64,000 bases of DNA from the NCBI GenBank assembly GCA_963758495.1, contig CAVWVI010000005.1, positions 1 to 64,000 on the forward strand, read 5' to 3'. The translations under genes were made by a program, and so were the position numbers. Below are positions 56,641 to 64,000 of the stretch, in pieces. This DNA is from Oligoflexia bacterium. GTDB lineage: Bacteria > Bdellovibrionota > UBA1018. Within the stretch, counting starts at the first letter, position 1. Each line of letters begins with the position of its first letter. The notes beneath the pieces were generated by a model. That model made no database searches, was not told the DNA's origin, and was given only the letters and a program-made list of their open reading frames with translations.

Positions 56641-58578
56641 ATGGGAGCTTTTAATCAAGAGTGGCTAGTCACAGATCAGAGGGGCGCTTATGCAATGGGC
56701 ACCTCTGATGGAATTCGCACTCGTAAGTATCATGGATTTTTCATGGGTGACGCAGGTCGATCCCAAAAAGCTTTCCTGGTTGACCTTGATTTTGTATGTG
56801 ATGGCATTTCACTTTGGCCGCATTGTTACTCGGGTCCGGAAGGGCTCGTGTTTTTTCCTGACTTGGAGAAATTAGGAATCTCCGTTCATTTTGAGCTCTG
56901 TGAGGAAGGTCCTCAGTGGCATTGGATTCTTCCTCACGGAAAACTCAAATTTAGTGTGAGACCTTCTTATCCGGGTGGCATCCAGTTAAGTTGGTCATGG
57001 TCTTCTAAAGAGCATAAAAAAGCACACCTTTGTGTACGTGGTTTTTGGGGAATGCGAGATCTGCATTCGCTAGGGGGAGCTTCTTGGAGTTGGAAGCCTC
57101 AGGAGACTTCTGTAACTGAGTCTCGAGCCAGAGTTGAGGGAGCGCAAGGTAAGGGCGTATACTGTTTGTTGAAGGGTGCTTGGAAGTGGACTGACAGTCC
57201 TCAGTGGAATCAAAACTTTCACTATTCGGAAGAACTCCAGCGAGGCTATGCAGCTGATGAAAATCTTTTCTCTGCGGGTACATTAGAATCAGATCTTAAT
57301 TCAGATGAAAATGTCGATTGGCTTATTGCAGAAGATGAAAATGATCTGAGTGAAAAAAATTTTACTATTAACGGTCCTCGTCCTAAAATTTGCGATTTTG
57401 TCGTCACAAGACCTGCAGGAATTATAGCAGGATTTCCTTGGTTTGGAGAATGGGGTAGGGACACTTTTATTTCCTTACCTGGGATTATAAGTGCCTTTTT
57501 AAAGATAAGAAAAGATCCAAAAGAAATCTGGCCATGGGCCCGAGAGCTTTTACATCGATGGGGAACCTGGATTGATCGAAATGGAATGTTACCTAACGTC
57601 ATTGAAAAGGAAGGAGTACTTCAGTGGGAGTCTGCGGATGCAACTCTATGGTGGTGTCATTCTTTGGCTGAATTATGGATGTTTTCGCTTTGTGTTCCTT
57701 TTCCGGTTGCCGAAATTTCACTTGAATTTAATGGGTTATTGGGGCGAGCCATTGAGTCTATTCGAAGTGGACATCATCGGTTTTTAAAAGAATCAGTATC
57801 GGGTACTTTAGAAGTGACCGAGCCCCATGTGACTTGGATGGATGCAAAAGTGGATGGAATGATCATTTCACCTCGAATAGGCGCGCTGCCGGAAATTAAC
57901 GCGCTTTGGTTTGAGGCGCGGTGCTTGCAATGGTTATGGTCGGAGGAGGAGGATTTTTCTGAAATTGAGGAATTAGGAAAAAAGGTTCTTCAGTGTCAGG
58001 AAGCAGATCGTCCTAACACTATCTTTTTACATAGTTTACCTTTAGCGCCTTCTTTTGTTTTGAAGGATTGGGAAAAATTAGAACGAGATTTGATAGATAT
58101 TGCTGAAAAATTTTGGACTCCTGTAGGTTTAATGACGTTGAGTCGATTCAATCCTCATTTTCGACCTCGTTGTGTAGGTACTCAAGAACAACGGGATCGA
58201 TCTTATCATCAAGGACCGGCGTGGGCATGGTTGGGAGGAAATTTTGAAATTGCTCGACATCGATTAGTTACGTGTGTTCCAGATTCTACCTGCTTTAATC
58301 ATTCTCAATTTGATAAAATGTTCACTCTTCAAACACTTGAGGAAATGCCCGTGAAAGATCACATTCCAGAACTCTTTGATTCAGAGCCCCCATTTACTCC
58401 ACGAGGAGCTCCCGCCCAGGCGTGGAGTCTCGCCTGTTTAGAAGAGGCGAAGGCAAGGCGGCGGATGAGAGTGGATTCAAAAATAAGTAAAATATTAGCG
58501 CAGCGCTGGTTAGGTCGGAGTGAGCGAAAACTAAAAGGAAGACGGACTAAATCCATGATTGAGACCCTAGACAAATGA
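56641..58578 (+). CDS. Amylo-alpha-1,6-glucosidase (glycogen debranching, GH133)
   Basis: EWLVT...GAYA..T...TRKYHG, IAGFPWFGEWGRDTFIS, DATLW, TWMDAK, YHQG.AW.W, QAWS. Confidence 0.88.
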   Translation: MGAFNQEWLVTDQRGAYAMGTSDGIRTRKYHGFFMGDAGRSQKAFLVDLDFVCDGISLWPHCYSGPEGLVFFPDLEKLGISVHFELCEEGPQWHWILPHGKLKFSVRPSYPGGIQLSWSWSSKEHKKAHLCVRGFWGMRDLHSLGGASWSWKPQETSVTESRARVEGAQGKGVYCLLKGAWKWTDSPQWNQNFHYSEELQRGYAADENLFSAGTLESDLNSDENVDWLIAEDENDLSEKNFTINGPRPKICDFVVTRPAGIIAGFPWFGEWGRDTFISLPGIISAFLKIRKDPKEIWPWARELLHRWGTWIDRNGMLPNVIEKEGVLQWESADATLWWCHSLAELWMFSLCVPFPVAEISLEFNGLLGRAIESIRSGHHRFLKESVSGTLEVTEPHVTWMDAKVDGMIISPRIGALPEINALWFEARCLQWLWSEEEDFSEIEELGKKVLQCQEADRPNTIFLHSLPLAPSFVLKDWEKLERDLIDIAEKFWTPVGLMTLSRFNPHFRPRCVGTQEQRDRSYHQGPAWAWLGGNFEIARHRLVTCVPDSTCFNHSQFDKMFTLQTLEEMPVKDHIPELFDSEPPFTPRGAPAQAWSLACLEEAKARRRMRVDSKISKILAQRWLGRSERKLKGRRTKSMIETLDK

Positions 58579-60032
58579 GGTCAGTACGTCAGGTTCGTGT
58601 TTTAATGTTAGGTTGGGAGTATCCACCCAGATTTGTTGGCGGTATGGGGAAAGCTTGTCAGGGGTTATCTCAAGCCATGGCGAAGCTCGGAGCTCACTTA
58701 TTTTTTGTTTTACCTACTTTTCCAGAGAGAGTTTCAGAACAGCACTTAGAAGTCATTGGAGCTGAGGAGTGCTTAGAGGAAGCAGGCTGGATCCCTGAGG
58801 TGGGCTTTGCTTCTCAAGTTACGAATGCAGCTCCTCAATTAAAAAAAACATCGGGTATCACTCTTAAATCGGTTGATGCACAAATTTATCCTTATGGTGC
58901 TCACCCCCAGGATCCCCTTTCAGAAAATTTAAGACAAGTGATTGAGAGGATGTCTACCTCTGATTTTTTTAAAAAACCAGATAGAAAAAATAGAGTTACT
59001 TCTAAAATAATTCCAAAAGTTCAGAGAACGATAAAAAATATAATGGAAGAGTGCCCTTCTCGTTCTTCATCCGAGATTTATGGAAAAAATCTCTGGTCAG
59101 AGATTGAGCGGTATTGTTTTGCCGTGCGACATTTGGCGGATGCTCATGAAGTTGACTTAGTTCATGCGCATGACTGGATGACTTTTCCTGCTGCATTCGA
59201 ATTTCAACGGGTGACTGGAGTTCCTGTTTATCTGCATGTCCATGCCACGGAATATGATCGAAGTGGGGATAATCTCAATCACGAAGTTTTTAGAATAGAA
59301 AGAGAAGGATTTCGAAGAGCAAATCATATTTTTGCAGTCAGTCGATATACTGCAGGGATCATTGAGCGACTTTATGGCGTGCATCGAAAAAAAATAAGTG
59401 TGGTCTACAATGCACCCGAAGAAGGAATTAAATCTTTATTATCCATCGCCGAATCTGATCGTCGATTCGATGTGGTGTTTTTAGGAAGATTAACTTTCCA
59501 AAAGGGACCCGATCATTTTTTGAAGGCAGCAGCCTTAGTGAGTCAGGCGAATTCAACTGCTCGATTTGTCCTCTGTGGAACTGGGGATATGCTTGATAAA
59601 TTAAGAGCTCAAGCCTTCAAATTGGGTATTGAAGATCGGGTTCATTTTGCAGGTTTTGTTGAACCTGCTGGTGTTGATGAAATATTACAACATTCAAAAG
59701 TTCTAGTGATGCCTAGTGTTTCTGAACCTTTCGGTTTAGTTGCGTTAGAAGCGATTCATTGTGGAATACCCGTAATCCTTTCGAAACAATCAGGAGTGAG
59801 GGAGGTCCTTCAACGTGCGTTACAAGTAGACTTTTGGGATCATGAGAGATTAGCTGATCAAATTCTGGCAGCCCTTCGGTTGGAAGGTCTTTCTAAACAA
59901 CTTGTTTCCGAGGGGATGGATCAATTGAGATTGCTCAGTTGGGAAAAGTCTGCTGGAAAGGTGATGGAAGTCTATCGAAAACATCTAGGAAGTATTTATG
60001 CACAGGCGATAGGAGGAATACATGGCCATTGA
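58575..60032 (+). CDS. GT4 glycosyltransferase (probable alpha-glucan synthase)
   Basis: LGWEYPP..VGGMG, HAHDWMT, HATEYDR, GRLTFQKG, PSVSEPFG..ALEA. Confidence 0.88.
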   Translation: MRSVRQVRVLMLGWEYPPRFVGGMGKACQGLSQAMAKLGAHLFFVLPTFPERVSEQHLEVIGAEECLEEAGWIPEVGFASQVTNAAPQLKKTSGITLKSVDAQIYPYGAHPQDPLSENLRQVIERMSTSDFFKKPDRKNRVTSKIIPKVQRTIKNIMEECPSRSSSEIYGKNLWSEIERYCFAVRHLADAHEVDLVHAHDWMTFPAAFEFQRVTGVPVYLHVHATEYDRSGDNLNHEVFRIEREGFRRANHIFAVSRYTAGIIERLYGVHRKKISVVYNAPEEGIKSLLSIAESDRRFDVVFLGRLTFQKGPDHFLKAAALVSQANSTARFVLCGTGDMLDKLRAQAFKLGIEDRVHFAGFVEPAGVDEILQHSKVLVMPSVSEPFGLVALEAIHCGIPVILSKQSGVREVLQRALQVDFWDHERLADQILAALRLEGLSKQLVSEGMDQLRLLSWEKSAGKVMEVYRKHLGSIYAQAIGGIHGH

Positions 60033-61284
60033 TATTTGTATGTATTTTCAAGTTCACCAGCCTTGGCGATTGAGACCTTATCGATACTTGGAGGTTGGAA
60101 AAAATCATCAATATTTTGATGAAGAGAAAAATTCTGCAATATTAAGGAAAGTAGCGGATAAATGCTACCTTCCCATGAATAATCTCCTTTTCGAATTAAT
60201 TACAGAATATAAAGGTGACTTTAAGGTTTCATTTTCAATTACAGGTACTGCCATTGAACAAATGGAAGCTTACGCACCGGACGTCATCGCTTCATTTAAG
60301 AGACTTTTTAATACGGGCTGTGCTGAGTTATTATCTGAAACTTCTCATCATTCCTTAGCGGCCTTGTATAGCCCTGAGGAATTCAAACAGCAAGTGGAAC
60401 GTCATCGAGAGATCATGAGTCGACACCTCATCCACCCTGTTTCAGTATTTAGAAATACGGAGCTTATTACAAGCAATGGAATTGCGAAGTTAGTTTCTGA
60501 TATGGGATATAAATCAATTCTTATGGAAGGTGCTGATCATATTTTAAGATGGAGAAGTCCGTTATTTAAATATCATATGGCTGAAGCGCCTCATCTCGTT
60601 GCGCTTATGAAAAATTATCGACTGAGTGATGATATTGCTTTTCGTTTTTCAGATCGGGGTTGGGCACAATGGCCTTTAACTTCCGAGAAATTCACGGAAT
60701 GGGTAAAGTTAATTGAACTTGAAAATCCAGTCTCCTCTCGAGGGGGGGTTCCATTTTTAGGGTTATTTATGGATTATGAAACCTTTGGAGAACATCAATG
60801 GGAAAATACAGGGATTTTTGATTTTATGCGTGCAATGCCTGGAAAACTACTCCAATCGGAAGGAGTTCGTTTTATTATGCCATCCGAGGCTACTGCTTTG
60901 GCAAGGAATGATGAAGCGATCCATTCTTTTTTGATTGATGCTCCGGATCCTTTTTCGTGGGCTGATGTGGAGAGAGATCTTTCTGCATGGCAAGGAAATT
61001 CAATTCAAGACTCAGCATTTAGAATGGTTTACGCACTTGAAGATGCAGTTCGCCGAAAGGCAGCGCAAGAGGATGGCGAAGCAGCTGAAGAGCTTCTGGA
61101 GACTTGGCGTCGTCTTCAAACGAGCGACCATTTCTACTATATGTGTACAAAATATTTTGCAGATGGAGATGTGCATAAGTATTTTAATCCCTATGAATCT
61201 CCTTACGATGCGCATATCATTTATATGAATGTGATTGCAGATCTAGCATTGAGATGTGGAGTTGAAGAACAAAGTATTGCCTAA
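60022..61284 (+). CDS. GH57 alpha-amylase-like hydrolase
   Basis: FQVHQP, CYLP.N, FRNTEL, LSDDIAFRFS, FMDYETFGEH, LQTSDHFYYM. Confidence 0.92.
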   Translation: MAIDICMYFQVHQPWRLRPYRYLEVGKNHQYFDEEKNSAILRKVADKCYLPMNNLLFELITEYKGDFKVSFSITGTAIEQMEAYAPDVIASFKRLFNTGCAELLSETSHHSLAALYSPEEFKQQVERHREIMSRHLIHPVSVFRNTELITSNGIAKLVSDMGYKSILMEGADHILRWRSPLFKYHMAEAPHLVALMKNYRLSDDIAFRFSDRGWAQWPLTSEKFTEWVKLIELENPVSSRGGVPFLGLFMDYETFGEHQWENTGIFDFMRAMPGKLLQSEGVRFIMPSEATALARNDEAIHSFLIDAPDPFSWADVERDLSAWQGNSIQDSAFRMVYALEDAVRRKAAQEDGEAAEELLETWRRLQTSDHFYYMCTKYFADGDVHKYFNPYESPYDAHIIYMNVIADLALRCGVEEQSIA

Positions 61285-61306
61285 CTATATGAAGGGGTAA
61301 AAATAA

Positions 61307-63250
61307 ATGGGATGGGAACAAAGACCCTCTTCTGAAGTTCAGATGGGGAATGGAACCCTTCTTGCGACTTTTGATTCTGCAGGTGAAATCGAACAGCTTT
61401 TCGCACCCCATATTGATGCGCTTCAATCTCGTGTTGGAGCGTTTCACACTTCAGTAGTGATTCCTGGTAATCTAGACTCATCTCCTACAAATCCAACAAT
61501 TATACCCGTCAATGCTGAAATTTTTGATATTCGGATGAGCCTTCGAACAGGTTCTCAGATACTTCAAGTGGAATATCAACATAAGTCCAGGCCTCTTCGG
61601 ATGGTACGAAAAATTGGATTGCATCCATTGGAACCATTGCTTTTGGATCAATGGAAAATAGAAGAAGAAAAGGGTGGGCTTCTTCATCAGTCCATTCCTT
61701 GGATGGGAAACAGTACTTCAGCTCATTGTTCAATGTATCATCCCACTTTTAATGGAATCGTCCATCATCGAGGTAGGCGATGGTTAGGGATTGTTGCACG
61801 AGGCCAAACTCAATGGGAGAGAGTGGGGCATTTATCTGATTCAGATCGCTATCGCCTTTGGGCAGGAGAGCGAATTTCAGTTCCATTGGGGGAGCATGAT
61901 CTTGCAGGGTTTCCAGCGGGCCCTGTACTTCGAGGTTGGAATCAGATCGTGCAAGGCTGTGCTACCTGGGGGGCTCTTGCGGTTGGTCCTGCGGTTGAAA
62001 TTGAGTTTATAGTCATCTGTGCAGAGAGTGAAGTGCATTTAGGCCGCTTGATTACTCAAGTCGAACATCTTCCAACGCGGCGATATTTTCAAATCATTGA
62101 TGGAGCGGTGGAGCGACGTTATACACCGGCAATAGATCTACTCAATAAAATACAAAACCCTCAGGTCAGACACCTCTGTGAAAGATCAATTGATGTTTTG
62201 CATGCTCTTCAAGATAGCACGAGCGGTGCCCTGATGGCTGCGGCTGAAGTGGATCCTCATTCCCGAATGTCCGGCGGTTATGGTTATAGTTGGCCAAGAG
62301 ACGGTGCCTATCTCGCTGCAGCTCTTGAGGCGTTTGGATATCGAGAAAGGGTAGAACATTATTTTCGATTTTTAGCAGACACTCAAGATCGCTCAGGGAC
62401 TTGGTGGCAACGGTATCTTTCGACTGGGCATGCCGGTCCGAGCTGGGGAAGAATTCAAATTGATGAACCCGCTACAGTTTTGGCGACAGCCTATTTGCAT
62501 TTTCGTCGGACAAAGGATCATCTTTGGTTAGAGAATTTCTGGCCCACTTTGCAAAACGGTCTCTCATTTTTAGAGAGTTTTCATTCAAATGAAAACTCCA
62601 TGGGGCATCCTTCTCATGATCTTTGGGAAGAGCGAATGGGTATTCATGCTTATTCTTTAGCGGCGGTGTCAGCTGCATTTTTGACAGGGGCGTCTTTGGC
62701 AGGAGAGCTGATGGAATTTAAGGCTCAGGAGAAATACCGTGAGCTAGGTGAGCGGGTTCGAGGAATTATTATGGATCGATTTGTATCTCCTGAAGGCCCC
62801 ATCTATCGATCTTTTATTTCAAACTATTGGGATCAAGCCGTTGATGTTTCTATGTTGGGTTTAATTCGACCTTTCGGAATTTTAAAAAAAGGGAGCCCTG
62901 CTGCCCGAAGAATTTTAGAGTCAGTTCGGTCAAAGCTTTGGTGTCACCCTACAGGTGGCATATTCAGATATGAGGGAGATTGTTATCGAGGAGGAAACCC
63001 TTGGTTGTTGACTACGCTCTGGCTTGCAGGTGTTGAACTGACTTTAGGGAATATTGATGAAGCTCGAGAAGGATTTCGCTGGGCGGTTTCAAAAGCAACT
63101 CCTTTAGGGATGTTTCCCGAACAAGTTCACCGAGAAAGTGGAAAGCCCTTTTGGGTAATACCCTTAGGCTGGTCTCATGCCATGTTTCTTTTGTTTGTAA
63201 GAGATGTCATTGAGCTTAAGTTGGAAAATCAGATTTGGGATGTACTCTAA
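61307..63250 (+). CDS. GH15 glucoamylase-like hydrolase
   Basis: Y.YSWPRDG, QIDE, DLWEER.G, RYEGD.Y..GNPW, PEQV, PLGWSHAM. Confidence 0.9.
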   Translation: MGWEQRPSSEVQMGNGTLLATFDSAGEIEQLFAPHIDALQSRVGAFHTSVVIPGNLDSSPTNPTIIPVNAEIFDIRMSLRTGSQILQVEYQHKSRPLRMVRKIGLHPLEPLLLDQWKIEEEKGGLLHQSIPWMGNSTSAHCSMYHPTFNGIVHHRGRRWLGIVARGQTQWERVGHLSDSDRYRLWAGERISVPLGEHDLAGFPAGPVLRGWNQIVQGCATWGALAVGPAVEIEFIVICAESEVHLGRLITQVEHLPTRRYFQIIDGAVERRYTPAIDLLNKIQNPQVRHLCERSIDVLHALQDSTSGALMAAAEVDPHSRMSGGYGYSWPRDGAYLAAALEAFGYRERVEHYFRFLADTQDRSGTWWQRYLSTGHAGPSWGRIQIDEPATVLATAYLHFRRTKDHLWLENFWPTLQNGLSFLESFHSNENSMGHPSHDLWEERMGIHAYSLAAVSAAFLTGASLAGELMEFKAQEKYRELGERVRGIIMDRFVSPEGPIYRSFISNYWDQAVDVSMLGLIRPFGILKKGSPAARRILESVRSKLWCHPTGGIFRYEGDCYRGGNPWLLTTLWLAGVELTLGNIDEAREGFRWAVSKATPLGMFPEQVHRESGKPFWVIPLGWSHAMFLLFVRDVIELKLENQIWDVL

Positions 63251-63290
63251 CAAGCTGGTATTATGATAAAAGGTGCAGTATGCATAGCCT

Positions 63291-64000
63291 ATGAATCCCC
63301 AATCACTCCGACGTATTCAAGAAGAATGCCTTCCTTTAATTGAATTAAAATTAATGGAATTTTTTGACCAAAAGGTGACTCAAAAAATTTCTTGGAATGC
63401 AGAGATGAGTCGTTATCATTTTTTAACAGGAGGAAAGCGACTCAGAGCTCTCATTCCTTGTTGGGTGTACGCAGCTTACGGAAAAGATCCATTGGATGCC
63501 ATCCCTTTGGGATGTGCTCTTGAATTGATTCATAATGCTACTTTGGTCCATGACGACCTTCAAGATCGAGATTCTGTTCGACGTGGAAAACCTACTGTAT
63601 GGATGAAATACTCTGAACCACAAGCAATTAACTGTGGAGACGCTCTTTTTCAATTTGCCTTTCAATTGCTTTTTGAACTGAAGGTAAATCCAGAAAATTT
63701 TCGTCGTATCATTCAGAGAATGGTTCATGGGACTTTACATGTAATTGAAGGTCAGGCTCAAGAGTTTCTCATGAAAGATGAAGCTTATCCTGATCTAGAT
63801 CGTTATTTTGGAGTGGTGCGTGGGAAGACGGCATGGTTGATTTCGACTGCGGTGGTGGCCTCATTAGAAGCATTAGGGCTGAATTCGAATTTGTGTAACA
63901 CAATCGAAAAAGCTGCATTAAAATCCGGTATTTTATTTCAAATTCAAGATGATCTTCTTGATGTGTATGGAGATAAACAAAGGGAAAGTAAAGCAACTGA
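63291..64000 (+). CDS. Polyprenyl diphosphate synthase (partial, runs off the window)
   Basis: Not in the ORF track because it has no stop. Reads GGKRLR, ELIHNATLVHDDLQD.D..RRGKPT, GD, GQ, KT, FQIQDDLLD. Confidence 0.9.
   Translation, partial: MNPQSLRRIQEECLPLIELKLMEFFDQKVTQKISWNAEMSRYHFLTGGKRLRALIPCWVYAAYGKDPLDAIPLGCALELIHNATLVHDDLQDRDSVRRGKPTVWMKYSEPQAINCGDALFQFAFQLLFELKVNPENFRRIIQRMVHGTLHVIEGQAQEFLMKDEAYPDLDRYFGVVRGKTAWLISTAVVASLEALGLNSNLCNTIEKAALKSGILFQIQDDLLDVYGDKQRESKAT

Overview
Bacterial chromosomal window, probably from a Bdellovibrionota/deltaproteobacterial-type organism (inferred from gene order and protein style). Core blocks: nagA-yceD-rpmF-plsX-fabH-fabD-fabG-acpP-fabF-rpiB-glyA-nusB; a frameshifted degP; thiolase-scoA-scoB; ggt, lysophospholipase-pyrE, nadB, alr-mlaF; dciA, lptE-holA ... 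rpsT; an SRPBCC/Zn-ADH/GH133/GT4/GH57/GH15 alpha-glucan cluster; and a partial polyprenyl synthase. Three accessory regions carry Sec-signal, eukaryote-interaction-like proteins. (1) 0.8-4.8 kb: an ankyrin + CE-clan (Ulp1/deubiquitinase-like) protease and a large protein ending in a DGR-target-like C-type-lectin-fold tail. (2) 16-25.5 kb: three paralogous HEAT-repeat proteins around an AAA_14/DUF4143 ATPase. (3) 41.4-54.1 kb, between holA and rpsT: two paralogous ankyrin + double-AAA+ (Clp/Hsp100-like) proteins whose signal peptides are followed by mitochondrial-presequence-like segments (Skd3/CLPB-like architecture), a duplicated holA 3' end, an IS1/IS1595-like transposase and a MITE-like element. 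Two 163-bp MITEs elsewhere in the window share terminal motifs with that IS. I saw no rRNA, tRNA, CRISPR array, integrase or reverse transcriptase. All assignments come from motif reading only; no searches were run.
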